The notes: generated by a model not told the origin, from the sequence alone. 64,000 bases of DNA from Camelus ferus (GCF_009834535.1 NC_045696.1:60948001-61012000); one strand, 5' to 3'; counted from the stretch's first letter, positions 41,514-54,549 are shown. Numbers and translations: made by a program.

Positions 41514-41760
41514 GAAATGTGCAGAAAAGGTAAATTTATAGAAAATCTACAGGAAGCAGAATAGTGGTTGCCTGAGGCAACTGAAAGGGTATGACTGTGA
41601 ATGGACATGAGATTTCTTTTTAGAGTGATAGAAATGTTCTAAAATTTGATTATTGTGATGACTGTACAACTCTAAGTTTTCTAAAATTTCACTAAATTGT
41701 ACAGTTAAAATAAATTTTATATTATAAAATTATACTTTAATAACCTGTTAAAGACTGCAA

Positions 41761-41778
41761 ACATACATACACACACAC

Positions 41779-41810
<32 letters not shown>
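41761..41810 (+). repeat. (CA)n microsatellite, interrupted
   Basis: ACATACATACACACACACAACACACA... read directly. Confidence 0.95.
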
Positions 41811-41812
<2 letters not shown>

Positions 41813-42017
41813 GAAAGTCAGGAACCTGGAAAAAAAAATTTATATTTGAAAATGTGGTAATTTAGATATTCTTCATGAATGGCAATGATTTTTATTTAGT
41901 TATTAAATTTTTTATATAAACCCCAAAGTACTACATTGTGAAAATCAAAATATTCAAATAAAATACTCTCAAGCTCATTCACAGAAATATTAGTACAAAT
42001 AAATGGAAAAGTGTTTC

Positions 42018-42304
42018 TTTTTTTTAATTGAAGTATAGCTGATTTATAATATTGTGTTAGTTTCAGTGATTCAATTATATATACATTTTTTCAGATTATT
42101 TTCCATTATATGTTGTTACAATATATTGAATATAGTTCCTTGTGCTATACAGTAAATTCTTTTTGCTTATCTATTTTATGTATTGTAGTTTATATCTGTT
42201 AATCCTATACTCCTAATTTATCCCTCCCCTCCCCTTTCCCCTTTAGTAAGTGTAAGTTTGTTTTCTACATCTTTGAGTCTGTTTTGTATAAAGATTCATT
42301 TGTA
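42018..42304 (-). mobile_element. Short L1 3'UTR fragment just downstream of FYTTD1 exon 3
   Basis: TTTTTTTAATTGAAGTATAGCTGATTTATAATATTGTGTTAGTTTCAG... (antisense L1 3' end). Degenerate TSD GGAAAAG(TG/GA)TTTC at 42005-42017 / 42306-42318. Confidence 0.8.
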
Positions 42305-42344
42305 AGGAAAAGGATTTCGGACTCAGGATTAGTCATCATCCTAC

Positions 42345-42493
42345 CTTGTCACTTAGAAGTGGTCGATTCATAGGACTAATTCCTTTTCGAATTCCAGTTG
42401 CTTTCCTAGCTGCAAGGCCAGTGATAACTCCATAAGGACGTCTCTTTCCAGGCATCACTCTTCCTCTACGGCTCAGATTATTCTTACCAAAAC
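42345..42493 (-). CDS. FYTTD1: FYTTD1 exon 3
   Basis: CAG|GT TTT..: (G)FGKNNLSRRGRVMPGKRRPYGVITGLAARKATGIRKGISPMNRPLLSDK|GTAGGA; 149 nt. Confidence 0.96.
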
Positions 42494-43229
42494 CTGTAGG
42501 AGAGGGAAAAAAAAAAAGAAGAAAAAGTAATCTAAGAATACAAGTGAGTGGCACAGGGGTCACAGGATATTCTATTTCTAAGCAAGGTGAAAGATATGAG
42601 TGCTTTATTTTTTTATTTATTATTTATATGATATTTCTTGTATTACTATTAATATACATTTCTTTAAAATTACATAAAATATTTCATTTTTAAAGATGCA
42701 ACAAGCTGTACTGGAAAGAATTCTGTTGCTGTAATGGACTGCAAAAGACTAGAGGATTCTCACATTTCCCCACTAGCTATCCTCTCTCTGGCATTATTTT
42801 CTCAACAAACACAACAGCCTCAACTTTCCTTGTGCAATGTGGTAGCCTCTAACCAAATATGGTTACTGAGTACTTGACGTATGACTAGTCTGAACTGAGA
42901 TATAATAAAAGAATGTATAATACTTCATTAATAGTTTTATATTAATCATAAGTTACAATATTTTAGATATATAAGGTCAAATAAAAAATATTAATACGTG
43001 GCTCACATTTTATTTGTTGGATGGCACTGATCTAGAGTGGAATCACTACCTCATCTCTTATTTACTATGTTGCAATCTGGCTTCTTTATTTTCAGTCATA
43101 CTGTATTCAAACTGCTTCTGCAAGTCCCCAGGTAAGTTCCAATAGATACTATATTTTAATCTCTATAGTATGTGGCATTTCCGACTTTGCTTTTCCATCA
43201 TGTGTCTTATCTATTTAAATACTTTTTTC

Positions 43230-44580
43230 TAACTATGAAAAAGTAAACATACTCATTGAAAAAAATCTTAAAACCATATAAAATACAAATAAGAAAATAA
43301 AAGCCACCACCATTAGCCCACTGCCTAGAGATAACTACTACTAATAATCTATGTTTTTCTAGTCTTTTACTTGTATACATACATTTCAAGTTAACACTTT
43401 TAGTTTCAAGTGTTTTTAAGCAATTCAAGACTACTATATGAGGTAATTGACAATTTTGTAGTACCAAGTGCCTAGAAGGTAAATTGAGTCAATCTTCTAG
43501 CAACCACATTTCATACTCCACATACTACCTTGTAGTCTACATTAACACTATATTATGAAAATTAATCCCATGTCTTTTATACTCATACTAGTCACTTAAG
43601 TTACTCCTAATGTTACATACTATAAATAACATTACAATAACACTACAGTTAACATTTTCATGACTATTTCCTCAATATATAAATTTCCAAAGGTTGAAAT
43701 GCTGTATCAAAGAGTAAAGCAAATCTTTATGGATTTTGATTCTTATTATAAAAACTCCTTCCAGAATGAATATATTTATTTATATTTCCAGAAACATAAG
43801 GGTGACACTCTTTCCATATCATTGACTACTCTGAATATTATCCTGTTTAATCTTTATCACTTAGCATTTGGGAAAAAAACGTGTCTTATTTGGTAGCATA
43901 CTAGTGAGAATGAACATTTTACATGTGTTTTTTGGCTGTCTGTATTATTCCATTCACAAACGGTCATGTTCATAAATCAGTTTTCTAGGGTCAAATTCTA
44001 ATTACCTTTGATGCTTTGATAGAAGAATTACTTCAAATTTATAATTAATTTTTCAAGAATTAATATCTTTATAATTTTCAGGAATATGTTATATCTTTCC
44101 ACTTATCCAAGTCTTCTTTTATGACAAATTTGGCTCAGTAAAGTTTCAAGCTTTTCCTCCCATAGGTCTTCCACAGTTCTTGTTAAGCTTATTACTAGGT
44201 ATTTTATACATTTGTTGTCAATCACAAAAAGATCCCTTACCTATTAATAATTTTCATATTGGCATTCCTGGGAATACAGAAGGCTATGGGTTTTAATCGA
44301 CATCTTTTAATTAGCCATCCCCTTGAATTCACTTATTAGTTCTAACACTTTTTCAAATTATTTTCTTGGGATTTCTGAATGACAGTCATATCACTCACGA
44401 ATGATGTTTTCTTCCTTCCAACAATTACACCTCAAATTCTTTTATTTCTTAATGCAATGGCCAGAAATTCCAAAGAACTATGCTAAGTAATAACTGTGAT
44501 ACTGGGCATTCTTATCTTAATTCTAATTTTGGCGGTAATGTCTTTAGAATGGTATCTTGCATACTATACACCTGCAATAT
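43230..44580 (-). mobile_element. Highly decayed L1M remnants
   Basis: Patches such as CAAGTCTTCTTTTATG, TTCTTGTTAAGCTTATTACTAGGTATTTTATA, GGGCATTCTTATCTT. Confidence 0.5.
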
Positions 44581-44794
44581 AGTAATAGATCTTTCAACTT
44601 ATTTCACAAACTACATGAAGTTAAACAGTTTTCTTTACTGTAGAATTTCTCAGGACCAATGTGTGCGATGACTCTCATAAGACACAGATAATTATGTATG
44701 TCATTCTCAAGTTTATCTACTTCCAGAACGCTTTAGTGTGGTGTTTCCACTTTGAGACCAGAATTCAACAAGACAATCAGGAATACCTATAAAC

Positions 44795-45310
44795 ATTACC
44801 ATGGTTGAACCATTTACCAGTTTATTGTCTTTCAGTTCCCAATTCACTCTTTACTGCCCGGCTTCTGTTGCTGGAACATTTCTCTTACCAGCTGGCATGA
44901 TGTTAAGCTTTGTCAGCAGAGGGCGCTGGAGGGACTCTAGAAGAAGAAGGAGCTTTTCTTCCAGGTTCCAGTGTGCACCTCAAGGCTTGTTCCTGTGGCA
45001 TAGGATACCCAGTGGCACTCATTATCCCTCCCCCGCAAGCTGAGACTATGGTGAGGCAAGAGAGGCGCCTAGGGCACAAAATCTGAGAGTGAGTGACGCC
45101 TTAAATGTTAGGCCCTAGGCATCTATCTAGATCCAGTCCTAGGCATCACTCTAATTCTGGCCCTGCTCATTCTCCAATGAATTTAAGCTCCATCATCCTT
45201 ACAGATCACTTCCCAGTGAATTCCACCAGCATGGCTATTCAGTGTGGCAGGGAGTTCTTCCAGATTTGTTCCTTTCTTGGGTGCTCTGCCTCAGTACTAA
45301 AGGTACTGAC
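44795..45310. mobile_element. ERVL-type LTR remnant (LTR41-like) with a nested hAT-Tip100-like (MER91-like) piece at ~45045-45165
   Basis: GC-richer patch with AAGCTTTGTCAGCAGAGGGCGCTGGAGGGAC; inner GGTGAGGCAAGAGAGGCGCCTAGGGCACAAAAT...CTGGCCCTG. Family names from recall only. Confidence 0.45.
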
Positions 45311-45516
45311 TTTATTACTTTTATAATTAGGAAAAAAGCAATAAAGGTATACTTTTATAAAATGTTAAAATCAAATTACTGCTGCTCTATGTTTGATTTC
45401 CTTCTAGAACAGCAACCAAAGATTAAGCCTATTAGAGAAACTTGTATATTTAAATTAAATCTACAACTACTTGCTATTTTTAGTTATATTAAATGAAGCA
45501 GCTACCATTAACTGAA

Positions 45517-45658
45517 CTAGGCATTGTGCTGAGTACCTTAATTTAAATGAGAACTTGATGAAGTTGATGCTAATATATCCATTTTGAAAAAGTGAGCAAA
45601 GTAGATGTAGAACTATGATTACCCAAAGGTCAGTTAGTAAATGGCAGAGCCATGATCT
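45517..45658 (+). repeat. MIR-derived 142-bp segment, donor of a local duplication
   Basis: Nearly identical to 46810-46952; AGGTCAG..AGTAAATGGCAGAGCC is MIR-like. Confidence 0.9.
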
Positions 45659-46809
45659 GCGGTGCAAGTTTGTGTGGCTCCAAAAACTGAAAGTTTCCAA
45701 ACTGTTATATATAAAAAACTAAAGAATAATAAAAGGCAGAATATAATGTATGGTACATTTCCAAAGATAAAAAAAAAAAACTATTACAGAAAAAGCAGGT
45801 TCTGAGCTAGTTATTATACAACGGGCAAACTATGAATAGGAATATAGACAAAGTGACAAGTACAAAGACATGGGCAACCACAGTTATTGAGAGACAGTCT
45901 AGGGAAAAGGATAAGAAGTGAATGGACGTGGTGGGTGCAAATCACAGGGCTGTAAGCGTGGATAAAGACTACACTTGACAAGGAATGGGGTGGAGGTCAC
46001 AGAATTCATGATCAGACTACATCAGTCTAGAAGCAGTACCTTCTAGTGAATGAAAGAAGAGAGAAGGTAGTGAGACCATTTCAGATGCAACTGCAACACT
46101 CAGCATAAGAGACTGGGTGAGGAACAAAGAATTTATAAAAAATACAAATGAATCAGTAGAGCTAAGAGAAAGTTTAAAAAGAGGAAGAATCAACTATTAT
46201 ACTAAAATTTTAATCTTATGTGAGAAAGACTCATGAAAAAAATCTCACTAACAAGAATAAAGCTGGTTAAAAGGAGAAAAGTATGGGATAGAATTCTATT
46301 CCTGGGTCCCTTCTATTTCTGACTATTATAGACATTCCCATAGTCATCACCCTTTCTCCCATATTCTTCTTCCTTTCTTGTCAGTGGCTTCTTCTCCTTT
46401 ACCTTCTAGCAAGCCTGGATCATCCGTTCTTCCTCCCTTCTTTTCTATCTTTGAACAAACTTCATTAGCTATATCTCAATTTTAGCAATGGTTCTATTTT
46501 ACCCTTTCATTGCCATGTTTCATGCAATAGTCTTTTCTTAGTTTTCATCCATTTAACCCCTTAAAAAGTTCTCTTCTGTTTTTCCAGAGTACCTTCATTC
46601 TCATTACTTCAACTACTACCTCTATGAAGATCTTTCATTTTCACCTCCACTGGAGCAGCAGTTTAACACAATAGCTATGTATCAAAAGCACATATGGAGC
46701 TAAAAAAAAAAAATCCCTAGGCCCTACTTCTACAGATTCTGGTTTAGTAGCAATGGAGTGCAGCCAGCGCATCAGACTAATTTATAAAGCTCCACTAATT
46801 TATAAAGCT

Positions 46810-46952
46810 CTAGGCATTGTGCTGAGTACCTTAATTTAAATGAGAACTTGATGAAGCTGATGCTAATATCTCCATTTTGAAAAAGTGAGCAAAGTGAGAT
46901 GTAGAACAATGATTACCCAGAGGTCAGTTAGTAAATGGCAGAGCCATGATCT
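46810..46952 (+). repeat. Duplicated copy of 45517-45658
   Basis: 4 substitutions and 1 indel relative to the first copy by manual alignment. Confidence 0.92.
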
Positions 46953-47166
46953 AAGGCTAAAGTTTCCTCTGAATCCTTAGCCCAATTCCTTCATGAATTT
47001 CTTTCACAAACACATCCACTTGCCTCAGTACTTTCTATAGCCTGATCACTTACATGAAGATTTGAGGGATTTTCTGGAAAATGTATCAGAGTGTATGTTA
47101 TCATGTTACTGGCTCCTTCTCAAAATAGCCTACAAATACTCTTGTCTCTTCTACCTCTAAAAGAAA

Positions 47167-47665
47167 CAGCATTCTCAAACTTTTTGGTCTCAGGACTTCT
47201 TTATACTCTTAAAAATTACTGAGGACCCCAAAAAATATGTTTATTGATATTTACCATACTACAAACAAAAACTATGACATTTAAAAACTATTTATTATTT
47301 TATTAAAATAATAAACTCACCAGATATAGGGCTAATAACATATTTTTTAACAAAAAATAACTATTATTTTCCCTAAACAAACAAAAATTCTTAATAGGAA
47401 GAGTAGCACTGTTTCACATTTTTGCAAATCTCTTTAGTGTCTGGCTTAATAAAAGATAAGATTCTCATTTCTGCTTCTGTATCCAAACTGTTTGAATTAT
47501 CACACGTCATGTAGACTTCAGAAAAGTTCATTATACATTCATGAGAGAATAAGGCTGAAAACACAATTAATATATCTTCGTATTATTATAGAAATAGTTT
47601 TGAACTTGTGGACCCCTTGAATCTTAGGGATTCCCCGGGGTCTCTGGACAACACTTTGAGAACTG
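47167..47665. mobile_element. hAT-Charlie element (MER119-like)
   Basis: Termini CAGCATTCTCAAACTTTTTGGTCTCAGGAC... and ...ACACTTTGAGAACTGTTG form imperfect Charlie-type TIRs. Confidence 0.65.
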
Positions 47666-49495
47666 TTGTTGTATAGTATTCCATCCCTGGAGAACATCTA
47701 GGTTGTGCAAGCATTTACTGAGTGAAAAACTATATTTCAGGCACAGAATTTGGAAGACTTTATTCACTTATTTGCTCAGCCATCAAAAAGAATTTATTGA
47801 GTATATGCCAAAGGCTCTCTGTGCTACTCGTTCTCTTACCTCAAGCTAACATCCTCAGTGACATTACAATGTAGAAATCTGAATTATTCCTAACCAGAGC
47901 TTAAGACAATCCCATATCTCTCTGCACATTTAGTCACAGCAGCAGCTGTTCTATTTTAGGCCATCACATGTAAATGGAGAACATACAAGTATAAATTCAA
48001 TCTCAGAAGATCCTAAACTGCCCCGAGGTATCAGTTAGCTCAAGGCTTAGATTATAATTCCTGAAAAAGGAAAGCTTTTTTGATCCAGATTCTATTTCAT
48101 CTTATCCATTAAATCACCACTGATGTTGTTAGCATAAAATCCCTATCTAAAATCTGACAGTACTAAAAGTATTTCCCTTTGACACTTCTCAACTCTATGT
48201 TTTCTATCTTATCTCTGTTCCTAGAAATTCCATGAAGTATGAGACTACATCTTTACATATCCTGAGAACCTGGTCAGTTCAGAGCATTCACTGGGTATTT
48301 AACATGCAATTAAAATAAATAAATAAAATTATTTCGAAACAAATCATATGTAAATTATGGTACACTGAATAACATTTATAAGGAAACTTTTAAGTATAAA
48401 TCACTAGAATTAAATATTAATTTTCTATAGCTAAATACCTGTCACAAAATTTACTCACTTGAGTTCAGCTATTCAAGAAATTATTAGGGAGGAATAAAAA
48501 TTCTTGTAGCATTTAATCTTAATTATAGACATATTTTGAGGATATGTTGGTATACTAACTGCTAAACATAGAATTAATTGAATTAATTATGTTCAATCAC
48601 TTGGAGATTATTTTTTATGTTTTTTAACATACAGGATAAAAATCAGCTCACGAATTAGTTTATCAAACATTTTTTCATATGTATAAAAAAGATCTAGAAT
48701 TTTTTAAATCTCAACAAAGATTTATTTAAAAATGCTGATGTAACTGCTAAAAAAGTTAATGAGTCATATATAATTAATAGTGTTCAGTTACTGCCCAAAG
48801 TCCATTTTGGAAGAAGATGTTCTAAATAAATAAGCTTCTAGATTACCAAAAATAACTGTATATGTAGAGTTCCAATTCTGTGTCATCTTCGGAGGATTTA
48901 AAAATTTCAAAGGTCCTGGATGATAAGATGAATAACCTAGAAGTCATTTTCTATGCACAATAATAGCTTCCACATATTTAAAATGTTTTCATACAGAAAA
49001 GGGAGTTTGCTTTCTATAACTCTGTAGAATTAACAGAAAGGCAAGATTTAAGTCAAGAGAATTGTCTAGTGAACAGTGCTGTCTCCAATAATGGAAAAAG
49101 TTACCTTGTGAGGTGGTATACTCTTTCATCGAATATATTTAAACTGGAATTACAGTCACTTATCAGACAGATTGTTAAATGAACATGTAACTAGGAAGGA
49201 GATAAGATTTCATGATACGTAAGATTCTTTACAAATCTACAGCCCTAAATATAATATAGACTATGCACAGAGGTTACTTTAAAATGACCTGATGTTTCTA
49301 AGAAAGTGTTATCATCTATTTAAGTTAACTTGAATTTTTAGCAGATTTTAAGATTAAACAAAACCCGAGAGTAAATACAAATCACAAACAAAGGGTACTG
49401 GTATGTTTCCTCCAAGTTTTAAGTATGTATCAAAGTTAGTATACTATGAGCCTACAAGTAATAGCTTTTTATTAAAACTTATTTGCAAAACTTAC

Positions 49496-49624
49496 CAGAA
49501 TTCTGTTGAAGTCCCCATCGGACTCTCATCCTGAATTGCCGGGCACCACTTTGCTGGAGTCTTCTATTTAGCCTCGGGAAATTCTGCTTCTTTCCTTCCT
49601 TTCGATTCAATTTGATGATATCAT
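49496..49624 (-). CDS. FYTTD1: FYTTD1 exon 2
   Basis: CAG|AT GAT ATC..: (D)DIIKLNRKEGKKQNFPRLNRRLQQSGARQFRMRVRWGLQQNS G|GTAAG; 129 nt. Confidence 0.96.
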
Positions 49625-51340
49625 CTGTGATAGAGGAAATGTAATGATTATTTTCATTTTAACTCAATGACTCAACTACTCAGTCTTATTTTCTAGTTAA
49701 TAGATTTCCTATGCCCCTAACTTCTTTTCTATTTTGAAAGCACTTCCATAAGAGGATATAATTAAAAGTATATAAAAAGCTCAAATCAGCCAAAACACTT
49801 GCAGCACTGAAGAAAGTTTTGAAGGAAAAGTTCAAATCAATAGCTCAAAGCAGATCAACCAATTAATGAAGATTTCTGTTATCCCTGATATATGTAAATA
49901 AGCAAAAGCCTGCTTACAAAAATTACTCATATTTACTTTCCATAATCACAGAAGTCTCCAGTTTTTAAAGATGACCACCTTTCAATAAAACCACTGGCAG
50001 TCAAAAAATAAGTCATTCAATAAAAGATTAGATTTCTAAGTTCATCTCAATTCAGCAAATATTTATTGAGTATGTGCAATGAGTATATGTGTCAGACTGT
50101 ACTGTAACAGAAACAAAAGTAAAATATGATTCCTGCTCTCAGTAAGTTTAAAATTAGTGACGGAAACAGACATGTAAATAGTAAATACAAAATTAAACAA
50201 ATACCATCATAAAGGTATAGTACCAAAAACAAACTATTGGTTGGTTCTTTGCTCCTCTAGCAAAGCAAGTCAGGGTTACCTTATTTTTCTTTCCACATTG
50301 ATCTCTAAGTCCCATTATTTCCAAAAACATTTCAAACTGCCCCAAGGTAATTTACAAACATCACCCTGCTGCAATAGCACAACAGAACAGTGTGAAGATC
50401 AGGAAACTAAATGTACTCCAGATTCCTATATACATCTGTTAAAAGGAGGTTACTAAAAGCCAAAAATACTCATTTAAGAAGATTTCTCCAAAGTCCCAAC
50501 TCCAATACTAATTTTGGTAATTGAAAATACAATAAATAAACCAAAGAAACTGAAAGCGATCAACAACTTAATAAAATTCACAAAACTAACTAACCTGTTA
50601 TTTCTTCCAAACTGCTATAAACACAAATAATCTAACAACTATATCAATATAACTAGTCTTTTCTGAAGTCAAAGAAGGAAATATAAACTACAGGGATCTT
50701 TTTTATACATTACATATTACTACTCTACCTCACCTATCTGTAATCTTTAAGACTCTTAATCACATTCAAACAAATATTATATAAAATAATTCAAATCTCC
50801 CCAAAATAGTTTGTTCTTTGATCTTTCTTTGATCTTCCTAAGGAACAATCCTTCAACTACAAAAAAGCTCATCAAAGTTAAGACACTCAAAAAACATTTT
50901 TTTACAAAATAGAGATTTCATAAATATCAGTTGCATGAACATCTTAAATTACCAGTGAGCAGAAAGGGAATAGTTAGAAAGACACTACTTTTGAAACACT
51001 ACTTTCCTTTAACAAGGTGCTACTTGAAATCTCAGAGACATGAGTACCTCTTAAAAATGAATTTGGTTTGGAGACCACCAAAAAAAGGGGGGTGGTCGGG
51101 GCACAAGTATAATTTTGACTAATCAGGTTGTTTTAAAACTAGAGCACTATAGAGTATAAACATAATTAAAAATTAAAAGTAGCAAAGCATATAAAATATA
51201 AAATTATGTTTTGTAAACATTTTATTATTTAACTCAAGTTAAATAGAGCTATTATGACAGGATTCTTCCAATCTAAAAGAAGGAAATGGCTTTTTCCTAA
51301 ACAAGGAGTAAATAGGGTAGGCATCAAAAGAAAAAAAATC

Positions 51341-52890
51341 TACTGAAGGAAAAGAAAGAAGCTGGAGGAATAACTATCCCAGACTTCAGACAATATTACA
51401 GAGCTACAGTAATCAAGACAGCATGGTACTGGTACAAAAACAGACATATAGACGAATGGAACAGAAGAGAGAGCCCAGAAATGAACCCACAAACTTCTGG
51501 TCAACTAATCTTCGACAAAGGAGGCAAGAATATACAATGGAATAAAGACAGTCTCTTCAGCAAATGGTGTTGGGAAAACTGGACAGCAGCATGTAAAGCA
51601 ATGAAGCTAGAACACTCCCTTACACCAGACACAAAAATAAACTCAAAATGGATCAAAGACTTAAACATAAGACAAGATACAACAAATCTCCTAGAAGAAA
51701 ATATAGGCAAAACATTATCTCATATACATCTCAAAAATGCTCTCCTAGGGCAATCTACCCAAGAAATAAAAATAAAAGCAAGAATAAACAAATGGGATCT
51801 AATTAAACATACAAGCTTCTGCACAGCAAAGGAAACCATAAGTAAAACAAAACGACAACCTACGGAATGGGAGAAAAGTTTTGCAAATCATGAAACCGAC
51901 AAAGACTTGATCTCCAGAATATATAAGCAGCTCATACAACTTAATAAGAAAAAAACAAACAACCCAATCCAAAACTGGGCAGAAGACCTAAACAAGCAAT
52001 TCTCCAAGGAAGAAATACAAATGATCAATAGGCACATGGAAAAATGCTCAATATCACTAATTATCAGAGAAATGCAAAACAAAACTACAGTCAGATATCA
52101 CCTCACACCAGTCAGAATGGCCATCATTCAAAAGTCCACAAACGACAAATGCTGGAGAGGCTGTGGAGAAAAGGGAACCCTTCTACACTGCTCGTGGGAA
52201 TGCAGTTTGGTGCAGCCACTGTGGAAAACAGTATGGAGATTCCTCAAAAGACTAGAAATAGACTTACCATATGACCCAGGAATCCTGCTCCTGGGCATAT
52301 ATCCAGAAGGAACCCTACTTCAAAATGACACCTGCACCCCAATGTTCATAGCAGCACTATTTACAATAGCCAAGATTTGGAAACAGCCTAAATATCCATC
52401 GACAGAGGACTGGATAAAGAAGATGTGGTGTATTTATACAATGGAATATTATTCAGCCATAAAAACCGACAACGTAACACCATTTGCAGCAACATGGATG
52501 TTCCTGGAGAATATCATTCTAAGTGAAATAAGCCAGAAAGAGAAAGAAAAATACCATGTGAGATCGCTCATATGTGGAATCTAAAACAAAAACAAAAACA
52601 AAAACATAAATACAAAACAGAAACAGACTCATAGACATAGAGTATGAACTTGTGGTTGCCAGGGGGACGGGGGGGTGGGAAGGGACAGACTGGGATTTCA
52701 AAATGTAGAACAGACAAACAAGGTTGCACTGTGTAGCACAGGGAAATATATACAGGATCTTGTGGTGGCTCACAGCAAAAGAGAATGCGACAACGAATGT
52801 ATGTATGTTCATATATAACTGAAAAATTGTGCTCTACACTGGAATTTATCACAACATTGTAAATGACTATAACTCAATAAAAAAAGTTTT
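51341..52890 (+). mobile_element. Young 5'-truncated LINE-1 (~1.55 kb) in FYTTD1 intron 1, antisense to the gene
   Basis: Uninterrupted ORF2 frame 51343-52584 with the CCHC knuckle, 3'UTR, AATAAA. TSD AAAAAAATC at 51332-51340 / 52891-52899. Confidence 0.95.
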
Positions 52891-53484
52891 AAAAAAATCC
52901 ATTATGATGAGCTACTTTTATAAAAAACAGGGGTATATACATGATAATAATAACAGTAGTAACTAACAGGATTGTTCTGAAAACCGGTATTCATCCAATT
53001 CTCACAAAAAGTCTATGAAATAAATATTATAACACCCATTTTCAATTAAGAAACTGAGCTACACTGTGACCAGCTATTGCTAACCTTGATAGATAATTCT
53101 ATATGAATATTCATAAAACCTGATAGTCATGATTCAAAACAAAACAAAAAAATTAGATTCTAAAACCTCTAAAGACCTGATAAAATGGAGTATTTACAAA
53201 GCATCATTCTTATCTAAAATAGATGTCTCTTCATACATCTGTAAAATTCTCACTTAAAAAAAAAAAAAAGACACCTGACAGAATGCTGTATGTTCTAAGG
53301 GAAGAGACCAAACTCTATTCCAGCTACCCACTGCACTTCACTTCTACCTTCAAACAGAATTATCTCTGTTTTCTTCACCTGAACATCCTCATCACCACAC
53401 ATAAATACAACAAAAATCCTAGAAATAAGAAATGTATTGGTTATGAAAATACATGTCTAACACTTCCTACAACATCTGTAGCTT

Positions 53485-53945
53485 GGTGCTCTAGAGCCAG
53501 ACTGAAATTCTGACTCCATCACTTACTTGTATGACTTCGGGCAAGTTATTTAATTTCTCTACACCTCAGGTTTTGTAAAATGGGAATAACAACAGCTTAT
53601 ATGCTGTGTGTGAATATATGTAAATACAGTACTGTGTACGATTCTAAGCAGATTACATACATCTATTGATTCATTTAATACTTAGACCAACCGTCTGAGG
53701 TAAAGGAGCACTATTATTACCAACACCTTCTTACAGATGAGGCACTGAAAAGTAATCTGCCCAAGATCACAAGGCTAATAAGTGGCAAAGGTAGGATTTG
53801 AACTGAGTGGGAGCTTCTGAATTCCATGCTCTTTATCATTTGGAGTACATACCACACAGGGTTATTATAAAGATAATTTAACACATATAAAATACTTAGC
53901 CCAGTGCCTGGCATGTAATAAGCACTCAACAAACATTTGTTATTA
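53485..53945. mobile_element. Cluster of MIR remnants
   Basis: CACTTACTTGTATGACTTCGGGCAAGTTATTTAA..GTAAAATGGG; TTACAGATGAGGCACTGA..TGCCCAAGATCACA; CAGTGCCTGGCATGTAATAAGCACTCAA. Confidence 0.7.
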
Positions 53946-54549
53946 TATTTTTTTCTTGGTCTTAGTTTAAAGATTTCTCATTTCTTTAGAGGTCAGTACT
54001 GACGAGCCACAAGGTAAGACTTGAAATCAAACCTATGATTTCGCATGATTTGCTTAATTCATACATTGGGTTCCAAATTGTGGTAATTATGGAGACCAAG
54101 AGTTCTCGACTTTTGGCTAAAAACTACAGAAGAATCACAACAAAAGAGAAAAATACCGTCCCCGGAAAAGTTACACGTCTGTATTCACTAGTCAGGTACT
54201 TTTCAAATACCCGAAAAACTGTAGGCCACAGGAGGAGCAGGCAGAGCTAACCACATCTAATACCATAACCTGAACCCTGACAGAAGTGCAATTACTTTTA
54301 AACCAACCACGTCAAACACAGAAACTAGTGCCTCAGTAGTGTTAGGTCCGGATTTTTCACCAAACCTCCTCTTCCTAATCATCACCAAAACCACCTCACT
54401 CTTCCAGTCCCCATGCTTTACCTGGCTCTCCCGTCAACCTATGCAAGTCTCGCCTCTGGTTTTCGCTTCGTTTTTTTTTTCCAACTTGCTAATTCGGAGG
54501 CTTAGGTGAGAAGAATGGGCTTCTACCCAAGCACAGCCTAACACAACAA

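Larger units (their letters stand above)
37985..41750 (+). mobile_element. Old L1M 3'UTR, split by a Tigger1 derivative and the HAL1-like element
   Basis: 37985-38241 (..TGTATGATTCCATTTA), 38767-38784 (TATATGAAACGTGCAGAA) and 41527-41750 (AAGGTAAATTTATAGA..AGTGGTTGCC..AAATGTTCTAAAATT) join into a continuous L1M 3' end. Confidence 0.75.

Noticed and set aside
51481..52584. 367-aa ORF as a host gene
   Set aside because: It is the C-terminal part of L1 ORF2 in a 5'-truncated element with no promoter.
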